Shown one piece after another: positions 25,277-38,498 of a DNA stretch of 64,000 nucleotides; within the stretch, counting starts at the first letter, position 1; every line of letters starts with the position of its first letter. A program made the position numbers and the translations under genes. Source of the DNA: Paragordius varius (taxonomy: Eukaryota > Animalia > Nematomorpha); assembly GCA_964247055.1 (NCBI GenBank), contig OZ176054.1, positions 10,788,001 through 10,852,000 of the forward strand, read 5' to 3'. The notes beneath the pieces were generated by a model that saw only the letters and a list, made by a program, of their open reading frames with translations, did no database searches and was not told the origin of the DNA.

Positions 25277-25478
25277 AATTTATCTAACTTTATTCTGTAA
25301 ATTGGTTAATTTGACATGTCAATTTGCCACGATTTTGCTTGCAAGTCTCTCTTATCGGACTTTACGATTTCTTATTGTTATCTTTGCCATATCTGGCATA
25401 ATTATAGGATCGCTTGGGGGATATGCAGAGCTTGTGCAGCCGCCCATATCTATCACACTATACATAAGCCCCTTTTAG
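25277..25478 (+). CDS. Candidate hydrophobic terminal exon inside arm A
   Basis: After TGTAG, the frame IYLTLFCKLVNLTCQFATILLASLSYRTLRFLIVIFAISGIIIGSLGGYAELVQPPISITLYISPF* is open in both arms, and the only indel is 3 nt. No homolog recognised. Confidence 0.35.
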
Positions 25479-25766
25479 ATTTCACTATTCAACAAGGTTT
25501 TGCACCACCCCATTATTTTTGCATTTTCTGATACCTAATGGCATGGAAAGGCCAAAACAAAAAAGAAAATTGAGGCCACCTATAGGATTTTTCCAAAATT
25601 TAATTTTTAAATTTGTATTTAATTCAAAAATAACTATCATTCCTTGTGTACACATGTTTAAATATTCAAACAAGCAAGTCGATACAAGTAATATTCCATG
25701 CATGGATAACAAATTCTAGGCATTAAATAAGATACTAAACAAGCTAAGAGCCAAAGTATTAAAAAT

Positions 25767-25965
25767 CTAAAAGGGGCTTATGTATAGTGTGATAGATATG
25801 GGCGGCTGCACAAGCTCTGCATATCCCCCAAGCGATCTTATAATTATGCCAGATATGACAAAGATAACAATAAGTAATCGTAAAGTCCGAGAGAGACTTG
25901 CAAGCAAAATCGTGGCAAATTGACATGTCAAATTAACCAATTTACAGAATAAAGTTAGATAAATT
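25767..25965 (-). CDS. Inverted duplicate of the candidate hydrophobic exon (arm A')
   Basis: Same frame is open with one codon deleted (LASLSRTLRLLIVIFVISGIIIRSLGG..SPF*). Confidence 0.3.
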
Positions 25966-28100
25966 CTACAATTAAATTGAATATAAATTAGGTAAATACA
26001 AATGGTTCAACCCCATAACAGTAAATTCTACTAAAAGTGGCTACACAACATCCATCTGAAATTCAAAATACAAAACAACCAATAATTTTAAAAAATAAGG
26101 TATATCCACTAGGTATAAATAGAAGGATTTTTTATAAGAACCAACTCAAGAGAAAAAGTCCAATAAGTACTCGAAAGAACGAAATCTAACAAAAAAATAT
26201 AGCCTATCTGAAAGCCGAAGGTTTAAACCATAGAATGCCTATTTTAGTATATTTTTAAAAATTTTTTATATGTGTTAAAAATTCACTTGAAAAAAAAGAC
26301 TAAATTTTGACGTTTAAGTCCGTACTATTTTTTTCTCTCTGATATTTAAATGACATATTTATATTCAAAAGATAGAGTTTAAAACGCTTTGATATTAAGT
26401 TTATAATATAATAACATTTTATTAAGTTATGTTTAATTTTCTCTCGATTTTCTCTTGTTTTTGAAAAATTAAAAAACCTATAAAATTTCCAAATTCTGAT
26501 TGGCGGGATCAAAATTTTTTTCAAATTCGGTTTTAAAACACTGAAATTAGTCATAATTTAAAAAGTTTGAGTGGTGGTGCTTAAAAATGTCCAAATTTGT
26601 CGACTAGTGTTTTTAATACTTTGGCTCTTAGCTTGTTTAGTATCTTATTTAATGCCTAGAATTTGTTATCCATGCATGGAATATTACTTGTATCGACTTG
26701 CTTGTTTGAATATTTTAACATATGTACACGAGGAATGATTGTTATTTTTGAATTAAATACAAATTTAAAAATTAAATTTTGGAAAAATCCTATTGGTGGC
26801 CTCAATTTTCTTTTTTGTTTTGGCCTTTCCATGCCATTAGGCATCAGAAAATGCAAAAACATTGGGGTAATGCAAAACCTTGTTGAGCAATGTAATTAAT
26901 ATGTCTTATATCTGTTTCTTACACATATATATATATTAGAAGTTGGTTTAGGAATGAAATATAAAGTTTTACGGTTAAAATAAATTGAACAATTTTGCTA
27001 ACAACAAATGTTTATAAATTTATTCAAAAGCAAGGCGTTATTTTTTGATATGAGCTTTATTAGTTTCACATACGACATTTGGTATAACCAAATCTGAAAT
27101 CCCAAAAAGCCATGCTGGGATGATTAATAAAAACCCTGATAGATTACATAACATCAGGATGCTTTTCCGCTCTTGTAATTACTTTATTATAAGCTGCCTC
27201 AAAAATATATCAATATTTGGTATAATCTGCATTTTTCAGTTATTCGTCATGTTATTTTTCTATATGTATTTCTTTTCCTTTGCAATATGACCCCAAATTT
27301 TAAATAACCTAAAAGGATTTAATCTATATAAGTCGAAAATACAAATTTAAACGTAATTGAATGCCTTTCAAATTTTAGCCCAAGAATTCGATTTGGCTTT
27401 GGGCCTTACGAGTATTATAGACTTTATTTTGCTAATAAAAATTTTTTTATTGAACGCTAAATGCTATCCTAAAAATATCTAAAATATATTATTATAAAAA
27501 GTAAAACAATATTTAATAATTTTAGATGTGGCCCTCTAAAGTCTCAAATTTTACCGACTAAATTAGGCAAGTTTTCATAAAATAGCAAAAGTGCCGATAT
27601 TAATCAATATTATATATGTTAGTTTATGACAAAAAAAAGTTTTCCGAAAAAAGGTATAATTCGCTCAAAAATTATATTATCGCCAAATGGTGAAGCGACT
27701 GTATTTTTAAGCCTAATGAAAACGGATCAGAAAAGATATTTTCAATTCACTTTACAAAAAAATCTATGCTAAATCTTACTATACCTAAGATCGTTGACTA
27801 TTTGATGCCGACAAATTTAAACTATTTATAAGTGGTGAGAAAAACATTAGAATTGAGGTGATAGAAGAGCATGATCGAATTTTAAAAAAAAATGTTTTTA
27901 TAATATTTCAAATTTTTTTCACCGTTCTCATTAACTAACCCTAAAAATACCTTAAACCTCTCTTCGCAAAATTTCTATAAATTAATTTTTAACCAAATTA
28001 TACCGTTTTCGAAAAGACTCTTTGATGTCAAGATTAGCATATGTTAAACTATTTACAGCGCAACTTCGGCCTTTTTGCAGTTAATTTTAAAAAAACTTAC

Positions 28101-28360
28101 CCATTTTATCAAAGCCCCCATCTAATAAATTATAAAAATAATTTTTTGCCCTTTATATGTAGTTTTATATTTTATAGTGATATTTTTGGAATGAAGCATT
28201 TACCTTTCACAAAAAAATGTTAAATAAATAGCGTAAATTTTGCCATTTTTTGAAATAATTTAGTTGCCACAAAAGTGGGTTTACCTTTCTTTTTCAAATC
28301 TACAGGCATCATGATAAATAACTCTGATATATTTCCTATACCCCGCTATTTTGCGCATAG

Positions 28361-28407
<47 letters not shown>

Positions 28408-29500
28408 ATTTACAATTCAATTTCACCCTTAAACAATTCAAATTCACCCATTAACAATTCAAATTCACCCCCGAACAATTCAAATTCATTCTCAAATAAA
28501 ATATATATTTTTTAAGATTAAAAAATACCTATATTTTATATATTTTTTAAAAAATAAAAATTTTGTTTAAATTAAATTAATACTAAAAAAATAATAAACT
28601 ATACCATAAAGTTATATTTCTGAGTTATATTAGTTCGAAAACACATAATTTATTTTTAGGGTGAATTTGAATTGTTCAAAGGTGAATTTGAATTGTCAAG
28701 GGTGAATTTAAATTGTTTAAGGGTGAATTTGAAGTGTAAATGGTATATATATAAATTAAATACTTTTATATAACGAATATCGTTTACAATCAAATTATTG
28801 TATAGCACTATTAAATTGGTGCAGAATTCGTTTGGGACATCATATTCCTCAAATAAATGAAAACTGAAGCCTTGCATACCACACAGTTTTTGAATGTGAT
28901 ACTTTGGCCCCCAAACATCAATGAATATCTAGGTATCATAAATTATTTTTTACTGTAGGGTAGCTCCACCTAATATTTAATGTCCAAACTTTATAACTAA
29001 CAAAATGTCCCTTTAAATGATTTATTGGTTTAACCTAACCTGCACTATGAAAACCGAAAATAAATTTAGTTAAAATATAGCCTGTCAAAAATTAAAAAAT
29101 AATTATATTATTTTATTTCAATGAAAAAGAAAAGAATGCCTATCGTTTGCCAAATTTAAAATATCATAAATTTAATATATCCTTAAAATTATTATTGAAC
29201 AGTTTTTTTAATTTTAGCAACTCAAATGGCTAGGACCCGATTAATACAATTACACTCAACCTTAAAATTGCTTAAAATTAAAAGTCTAGATTTTTTAAAT
29301 TCAAGAGATAAACTTCTTTTTTCATATGGCTCCAAATGGCATGAAAATCTCTCATATTTGATGGAATTATTATATGTTTCAGTAAATCTTCACCTGCATC
29401 GGTTTTAATAGTTGAATTTTTTTCTATGGCGTTGAGAAATAGGAAAACATTCGAGTGGTCCCGGTGTAAATATTGCGTTTTGTAAGACAACATATTTCCC
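28101..29500 (-). CDS. Internal exons of an unidentified multi-exon gene
   Basis: Phase-compatible AG/GT exons 29500-29314, 28928-28788, 28345-28285 and 28121-28101 give GNMLSYKTQY..DFHAIWSHMKKE/IFIDVWGPKYHIQKLCGMQGFSFHLFEEY..YNNLI/RGIGNISELFIMMPVDLKKK/DGGFDKM. Both ends are unresolved. Confidence 0.5.
28404..28745 (-). mobile_element. TA-MITE copy in reverse orientation, next to a (TA)n microsatellite
   Basis: TACCATTTACA..TGTAAATGGTA termini; (TA)n at 28365-28405; lies in an intron of the unidentified gene. Confidence 0.8.
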
Positions 29501-32500
29501 CTATAATAATACGAAATACGACTATAACATTATAGCATTTAAAATGTAAAGTTAAATGTTGGTAAAAATCAATGCCTCTTTTTTGTTGGGGTATATCTGA
29601 GCCTTTTCTCGACCCTATTTAGTTAAAAACTTTCTATTATCAGATGAATTTTATATTCCATTATATTTTTTGACAAAAAAATTTTGAAAACATGAAACAG
29701 GGTGACTGATTACGGCTCACGAGACACTATTTAACAACTGATTATTGTTTAGCATTAATGGCAATGACAATTCCGAAAACCATATAAATAAGCTGCTATT
29801 TTTATTAAGGACGATTCAGGCTAAATTTCCTAATTACTCAAATTGGTTGGCAATTCCTTTTTTATAAAATCACATTATAATCAGATATAAGACTTAAAAA
29901 ATTTTTTAATATAGAAATATTTCTAAAGCGGCTGATATATGCTTTATGCAGCAAAACGCTGTCTGACAAGTTACAAGAACTAAAAGAATTCAGTAACCCA
30001 AATATACTGTTACGCGGAAGTAATTAACAGGAAAACGGAAAAGATCGTGAATAAAGGACAGATATGAAAAAAATAAATTAATTACTAAAAATAAAGCTTG
30101 TATTACGGACTTAAAAGTATGTTCGAATTTCTAGGTTTGATGACATAGAGAGAAAAGATGTAACTATATTAATAAAACATTATATATATATATCTCGTAA
30201 TTATGTGGAAAAGGTTACCTCAATACTGGTGGAAACTATAATTATATAACGATGCCCTAAAACTATACAAAGGATAAATAATAGATTTTTATCCTACTTT
30301 TCAGTAGATTAATAAATCTTTTAATTTTTTAAGTTCTTTTCTTAAAAAAAACGCTCTCTATTCTCACGCGTTTGCTGTCTTTCAATCAATTTTGCATTGG
30401 TTGAAACATTACAAGAGATGCAAAAGTCACAAAAAAAATAGTTTTGTTATATTGGATAATGATTAAATTGATAAATTTCTTGTTTTGATTATTATCATGC
30501 CCGCGTAATAAAAGCGCCCAGCTAAATATAATTATATAATTTTTTCAGTTAATCTCTAATAATACACTAAAAAATATTACCAAGGTTCTGTAGTTAGATT
30601 CCTTAAATGAAATGGTGTTTGAATATCCCAATTGCAAAAATCTAAATTATGAAACACATTGATGTATAGAAAAAGGTAATCTGAATATTAATTTAGAATT
30701 GACAGAGGTTTAAAATATTAAATTTTTTTATCAACTATTTAGCATTATCACATTTGTACCTGGTTCGAATCTCATTTCAGAACATAGGAAAAGGATAATT
30801 AATATTGTAGTTAACGTCTTCATTTAATGTTAGGATTAGTTTTATTAACTTTATTTTATAGTTATCAATATAAATAAAATATTATGCAAGCGTTGCAATA
30901 TTTTTATATGCAGTAAGTTTATATTAATCATGATAACATATTTTAAAATTAGTGATTAAAATTATACATATGGCCTTAGATTATTTACTAAACTCAGCAA
31001 TTTTTTATATCAAGGAGAGTGGATCTGAAATAATTTAGTACTTATATTCTGGATCGAAATATTCATTTTTAATAACCAAAATGGGATTACTACATAACAA
31101 TCATAATTTTGATGATATTTTGGGGATGAGACATTTAGCTTTCAGCAATAGCTTTCATTCAAAAAAATGTACACAAATAATTCTATTGATGAAATACATT
31201 TTTAATGGAAAAATGCATCCAGGAATCCATGATTTTGGCTTTGTGACTTTACGAGTCATTTTTCTATATATCAAAAAATCGTAGAGCATATTATACTGAA
31301 TATATTTATAAACGAAGATTAAATGCTTCATTCCAATATACTATATCATTAAAATATGCACAATGTCTACAAAAAAAACATCCTGATAATTATATATAAT
31401 CATAAAAAATGTGTCAGGATTCTGATGGCGGTTTTAGAGCCTTTTTGTCTCTAGAATCCGTGTAATGGGTTTTTTAAACAAAAGCACATTCCCGATAAAC
31501 ATGTAAGCGCATTTCATTTAAATTGTGAACCTTTTATAACGTTTTACAAATGCACCGGGAGTGACTAAGCCCTTTTCCAAATTCAGTTCCGTCCCGCCAA
31601 AAATAGTTTTTTATCGATTTTTGGCTTTGAAACCCGATCTTGGATAATGCATAGGCGCAGTCAGTTTCAATACGTACATTTATAATGTTTTATAAATCTG
31701 CCGAGGGTGACCTTTTTTGTAAAACAGCCCTCTGCAACTTTACCCTAATTTATATAACATATTTATAGGGGTGGCCAACATGCGGCCCTAAAAGATTTGC
31801 GTTCCGCGCAAAATCTGGAAATCCATATGCAAAAATATGCCCATAAAATCATTGTGCAATTTTTCTGAATAAGTCAATTTGGCAACAAACTAGAAAAATT
31901 TTTTATGTTGGGTTTGCATTTTACAGTCTTATGACTAAAATTTAAATTATTTAGTAATGCCCGTATATATTTCGAATGCGTAAGCCCCGTGCGTTTTACG
32001 TTAAAAATGCTGCCCGCGAAGCCATTTATGTTGGAATGTCCCTTATTATGAAATATTTTTAATTCAAAAATATTTTTATCTAAAAAATATATTTTAAATA
32101 TTTTTCCTGACATTATTTTTATTGACAATCTTGACTTGTTAAAAACAATTTGAAGCAAATGATAATTTGAGATAAAAATGGTATATTTTTATAAATTTTA
32201 TTATATCATATATATCATATAAATTAGTCTCGAATATTAATGCGAACCATCGATAAAATAAAAAAATTATTAATTATTTTCTTAAAAATACTCCAATTCC
32301 ATAATATATAACTTTAAAGAATAAGTCATTAATTATTGTGCATTGGATGGAAAAATTGTCATTCAATAATTGTGTTTTCATTAAAAATAATATCCTGATA
32401 TTACGCTGATAATGGTTAAAATTTATTTTTATATCTGGCTTTAATATTTATCATCAAAAATTAAAAACATTAGGATTGACTAGGAAAACGTTTTTTGATA

Positions 32501-34431
32501 TTTTGATAGCTAATTCACCGTGCAAAACTTTATAAAATAATGAATGGTTAAATTTTTAAAAAACATTTTATAATTAAATTTAATTTAAAAGTAAATTATT
32601 CATTTAACCCAAATTTTGATGAAATGTTCATTGAATTATGTAAGAGAGTGTTTTTAATATAATTTAATACCGAGCTTCAAAATGCCATGAAACATGCTTC
32701 AATAAAATTTTGCCAAAATTTAATTTTAAAGAAAGGTATGGACGCAAATTTTTGTTTAAGTATACATAATCCTATCACGCAATCTCAGCATTTTTGTGTT
32801 TTTTAAAAAATATTAAAGGGCCTTAAATACTTTGGCTTTTAAAAGAGTTTATAAAATTTTTTGCTTTTTAACTGTATTTATGAAAATAATGCATATATAT
32901 GATTTTAATTTTACCAATATATTGTTGAAGTGTATTTTATGATTTTTAGAGTACATCATCACAAAAAATATCATTAAAATTTATTTTTGATAGAATTCAG
33001 CATCAGAATACTTAAGAATTTAGGGGCCATACTTTTTAATATATATTTACAATATTGTTGTTGGTTATCGAAAATGGCAAAGGCGACTTTGTTAATAAGT
33101 GTAAGGTCAAAATACATTTGTAACCTATTAACTTTTAATATTTGAAAATTGAACACCTTAAATAGTATTTTAAGGTGTTAAGCCGTTAAAAATATTCTTA
33201 ATCTTTTCTAAAACTTTTTGCCGACATTTTTTTCTATAATTTTTTAAATAGTTAATGCAATAGGGAAATAATGTATTTTATGGTATAAAAAATGAATAAT
33301 GAGGGAAAAGATTCAGGCTACATACCACCAAAAACTTGATATATCAGCTGTTCATATCAATCGCGTTTTGGTCCCATTAGGTTTTAGAGACTAGACTGTT
33401 ATACAAGAACAATAAATGATAATTAAATTTAAATAAACAAACATTATTGAGCTTTGGAATACAAAACTTCCCGGAATGTAAACTAAGCAAAAGTGAAGGA
33501 TGCAGTGTTTATTTAGATTTTATACTCACATATTTAAAAATTTTATCACGCAATCTAGGCATTTTCCAATATTTGAAAAAACTAGCCTGTGTTAGGATCC
33601 GAAAATTTGGGACAATTCTTATCTAAAAATTAAGTTTATAAAAATTATGTTTTGCTTTTAATGGGTAGCATATAATATATTCTTCGATGATTCGAAATCT
33701 GATGGTAGCTTTGACAAAAAATGCATTTAGCAGTACGTGAATTGTGCGATTGTCAAATAGAACGACAATTTAATTTTATCACTCAGCAAGAAATTAAAGG
33801 CAGTATAAGCCTTTTAACACATATATAAAAACTTCTTTTTTTCGCACTGTGTTAAGACATACATAGTTAAATCCCCATTTAGATGTAAGATTTTTCTAAT
33901 TTCCATCTATAAATAATTTATATTGTTTTGCTTTTTATACAGCTTTTAATATTTCGTTGATTTAAGTGTGGCAGTTTTCATTAAGAATTTGACATTCTCT
34001 GATAAAGAATGGATAAAACAATAATAGCAATTTCTTATACACAAGCCCAAAACCATAAAATAAATACTGAATATTTTTAGTGTAGACCGTGAATAAAGAT
34101 GATTAAAATTGACTTAATACCTCTTTTTAGGTTATGATTTTTAAATATCTGCCATATTCTTTGCTCATTACATTCAATTAAAATCTTATTGTTATGTAAA
34201 TATTGAAACAAAAATGACGCGAAATTGTATGATTGGAAGATTTTACAAAACTAAATCTAAAAAATTTAATTAATATATAATATTTTTTCTTGATATATTT
34301 TTATTACCTTTTTGCTAGTGTAATATATATTTATCCCGGCGTAACGAGTCAATTTGCATCAGTGTAAATTTCCTTTTTTATATCGAAATTATAACAGGAG
34401 GTAATTGTTTTTTATCAGCTGAATTCAATTA

Positions 34432-34920
34432 ATGACTCAAGATACTTTAAATCAAGCCTTAAACAAAACGCAAAATTTGTTAGATTCTATCCCTTCCCCA
34501 AACAGAAACATTCCCAAGAATAATATCAATGGAGAATTAAAAAGTAAGGAAGCAAACTTAACCTTGGTAATTTCACCTAACGAAGACAGCAAATCTGATT
34601 TTAACAATCCTGTTAATGATTCTGTTAAAACAACCTATACCCCTGAATCAGATACTTTACAAACGACACCTACTATAATAAAGTCTTCAGATAATTTATT
34701 TAAGAAAAAGTCAAAATCTTATAAGTGGCCTCTTTCACCAACTAGGACAATCTTCTTTTTTATATCACTTTTATTACCTATAATAATTTCCTTTATATTC
34801 GTTTATGTTTTACCATGTCCGAAATCTCATTCATGCAATTATCAAGATTGTAAAATTTTATCACATAATAATATAACCAGTATACACAACCCCAAAATTT
34901 TAAATAGTTTCAAATCATAA
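34432..34920 (+). CDS. Type II membrane protein with FAM234-like N-terminal TM motif, apparently lacking the large luminal domain
   Basis: Polar S/T/N-rich cytosolic region followed by SPTRTIFFFISLLLPIIISFIFVYVLPCP, which resembles the FAM234A/B motif (R..AFFLSLFLCLFVVFVVSFVIPCP, from memory). A possible micro-exon lies at 34997-35019. Confidence 0.55.
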   Translation: MTQDTLNQALNKTQNLLDSIPSPNRNIPKNNINGELKSKEANLTLVISPNEDSKSDFNNPVNDSVKTTYTPESDTLQTTPTIIKSSDNLFKKKSKSYKWPLSPTRTIFFFISLLLPIIISFIFVYVLPCPKSHSCNYQDCKILSHNNITSIHNPKILNSFKS

Positions 34921-36668
34921 TATTTTTATTATATGGAATAAATGATTTATTTTTAATAAAAAAATTATTTTAAAGGTAGTTATATAAATTCTATAGAATG
35001 TGTTCGACCGCATAATCAGGTAATGCAAGTACAGACATGTCTAAACTGATTGATCTAATCTTTTTTATACTCTTTTTAAATATGCTTTTTTATATTATGG
35101 CTTAGGAGTGCGTAATTGACATACGATTGTAAAATAATCGAAAAATTAGAATTACAAAGGTAACTACTCTATTAAATCTTTTCTAATGGTATTTTACCCA
35201 GTTTTATAGCGATGGTATTCGGCCCACATGCCATATGCGACCAAAAAAATGCTATTTTATCTGCTTAAATTATTAAGTCTTTAAAAAATAATTGCTTTAA
35301 TTACATAAAACTCATTTTTTTAGATAGACATATTTATTTTTACTTTACTTGTAAAATGAATTGGGTTTCGGTAATTTATATATATTTTTACTCCATATTC
35401 AATTTTATTTTAGCGAGGAATTTTCGGCTTTTTTATCTAACTTGTGAAATACGGTTTTGTCCATGCCAAAGGCATAGCTTGCATTTCTGTCGTCCGGATG
35501 AATCCGTTATGGTGCCCCTTCCCTTCCATGCAACCCCTTGAATTTTAAAAAATAATCAAATTTAAACCGTGGACATGACCACTCATAAATGGGTGATTTT
35601 TTATCTATTATTAAAAATAATAGCTTATAATTCCTATTTTTTAAAATAAAGTTAAAAAAAAATTAAAAACCGACCCCCTTCAACTATGGCGCCCAGTGCA
35701 TTAAACACCAAATTAGTTAATAACTGTTGATTAATATTAAAATATTTCCATAAAATACCATTTTTTTATATCAAATGACAGAATATGCATATTAGCTGAG
35801 ATTTATGCGACTCGCCAAAAATCCGATTTAAATTATAAATTCTGCATATATGTGACATTTGTGCAATATTTCTTGGTATTATATAGTGCCCGACCCTTGA
35901 AACAAAAAATATATCTTGACCATTAAATTTTTTTGTGAGTATTACTGCTTTATTCTTGTGACAAAAGTGAGGTGGTATATATTGTAGGCAATGATTCTGA
36001 GAGCGCCTGTGGAATATGTCTCATAAATGGGAGGAGATTTGCCATTGAAACGATTTCGATCTTGGATGTTTTTGAAATAATGTATATGAGTTAAAATATA
36101 ATTGTATAGCATGGCGATATTAGCTTATTTTGTTAACTTTTTGAGGACTATAAGAATATATTGCTATTCTTTGCTTTTGCATAACATGGAATTTGATTCC
36201 ATATAGTAATATGCCAGAGGGATTTTTGACTTTAGAGTTTAGACCATAATATATATAATATTTGACTGTCACATTTAATACAAAACTATAAGTTATAAAA
36301 TTTGTTTTCGAGTTTTAAACTTCTTTTCCAATGCGCCCTTTACACCGTTTCAAAGACGCGTTCGACTTAAAAAAGATGTAATATAACGCTAACGGGGTAT
36401 ATTAAAAAATATATTTATTTTAAACATGTAAAAATTTATAAATATATGTGACACAGTGCGTACATAACAGGTACAGTAAAAGCTGCCTATTACTTATTCT
36501 ATTGTATAGGTTTAAATATAATGCTTTTGTAATAGTATGGAGTTTTAAATATTAAAACCATATATAGATAAGAGATTTTCTATAATATACATTTATATAA
36601 AGCATAGATAATATTGAGAATTTGATATGAGACGATTAATTTAACAAAAGTATTATATAATATTCCGT

Positions 36669-38498
36669 TCAATATGTCTTCCCAATCACATCCTTAAGTA
36701 ATTCAATATTATTGTTGTTGCTAGTATATTCGGGTTGGTGTGGTGTCAGACTATTTTTGGGGACACATTCGTCCAAAACAAGATTGTCCGGTTCTTCCGG
36801 GTTATTGGCATTTGTTGTCGCGATAAAATTGTCGGCAAATGTGAGCAAAGTTGAGGCCGTACTTGATTTGACGGGGGAACCAGTTGTGGTATTATCATTT
36901 TTACCGTTATTTTTATTATTATGTAAAAAAGTTGAATTATCATTTTTGGCTGATAAAGCTTTATTTTTGTTCAAATAATTTCCATTGTTTGCATAATTCA
37001 AGGGTGGAGGATTTAGGGTTGAAGCTACAGTCGGATTCGCAGATTCTCGATATCGTGAACGAAGAGCGTTTGATTTTATCATGTAATTGACTTGCTGATG
37101 CATATCCTCGTAAACATCCGATACATTAAACATAACCTAAAACGTATTCATATAAAATCCTTTAAATTACTAAAGCAGTAAAGTCTGGTGTGCGTTAAAA
37201 TTAAAAAATGCATTAGAAAAATAATAGATCTAATGATAAATGAATTAAACTTTAAGTGATTTCCAAACACTCGAGATAACGGTATCAGGTTCAGGATCGT
37301 CTGCGTCTCCAGCCTGATCTTTGACCCCACAAGATTTTCCAGCCACAGGTGAACTAGGGGGCATAAGAGATGGCGGAAATGTGGACATACCCGAAAATGT
37401 GACGAGATTCTCATCGTTATAATTTGCAGAAGATATCATATCAGATTTTCCACCATTCTCAGTGCAATTATTTACCGTGGCAGATGTTAAATCGAGATTA
37501 GACACAGGGGATGGGGTCGTTTCTACACAATTGTAAATAGAGCCATCCTGTAAACTATTGTGATTTACAATGTAAGGTGTCACGGGAAAGCAAAAAAAAT
37601 GAGCAATGGCAGCAAACAACATTTCAATGCAGATGCAAAAATTCTGCAAACTCGATTGAAGTGATTGGGTATCATGTGTACTCCATGTATTGGCTTCAGT
37701 TAAAATTTTACTGTGCACCAAAAAAGCTATTAGCACACTTTGCCAAAAGGAGGCAAAAACGACGGCCTTAACACAAAAAAATTTGCCAAGCGGTTTCATT
37801 GGTCTAAGTTCTTGATACGTTGCCTTGTAAAACAAAATGAGGCAATACATTGCAAAAATTTGAGAAACGTTATTTATTAAAATTGTGTAAATCCAAGCAT
37901 AACGAAAAGAAAAGACGCCATCATGGTATACACCAAATGTTTCAGTCAAAAGGGCAACAATTGTCATTAATGGTCTTATTACAGTATATTGTAGAACACC
38001 TCGCTTGCAATTATGAACAAAGTGCCATCCTGATTTCCATCGTGGGAGCACAAGACTGGCTGGGAAAATATGAGAAACGGATCGCTTCTCCTCCAATGTC
38101 GCAATTAAGTCCAGACTGCATTTTAAATAATTTAATAAAAAGGTCATAAAATTATATATTACGTATGCCTCGTAACATTCTCTCAGAGTATCTAAATATA
38201 TGGCAGATTGGGGAAATCGTAAGGCGATCCATGCGTTAATCGTATAAATAGGAACCATCCATAATATTCGTATAATATATAATTGTAAAAATGGTTTTGT
38301 GTAAAAGATTAAATGTTGAAGGATTCCATAAAATGATATGGGTATTGCAAACAATATAGAAATTGTGGATATCAACCAAACTTTAGTTAATTTGGAAAGC
38401 TTTTTGTACATAACATCTTTGACAATCATATAAGAAGCGAAAATACATATTGTAAGCCATAAAGTTAGGATTATAAGCTTTAATAATATTGATTTCAT
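36669..38498 (-). CDS. TMEM184C: Transmembrane protein 184C-like (organic solute transporter Ost-alpha family)
   Basis: Motifs IIRILWMVPIY, YLDTLRECYEAYVIYNFMTFLLNYL, KRGVLQY, KFFCVKAVVFASFWQ and LQNFCICIEMLFAAIAH. Exons 38498-37251 and 37136-36669 join as KSLK/VMFNVSDVYEDMHQQV, matching the family MWDVSDIRDDISEQV motif. Confidence 0.93.

Larger units (their letters stand above)
24641..26886. repeat. Nested inverted duplication A-B-A'-B'
   Basis: A (about 24648-25482) is the reverse complement of A' (about 25763-26592). B (about 25489-25765) is the reverse complement of B' (about 26610-26886). Copies differ by scattered substitutions and small indels. Confidence 0.92.

Noticed and set aside
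26593-26611. Overlapping SalI/SpeI-like sites (GTCGACTAGT) at the duplication junction, suggesting vector or adapter sequence
   Set aside because: It is too short to call, and CTAGTGTT is explained by the left boundary of arm A. Noted only as a caution about assembly.
31766-32045. Possible hAT-like MITE (TAGGGGTGGCCAAC start)
   Set aside because: The termini match poorly and there is no TSD.
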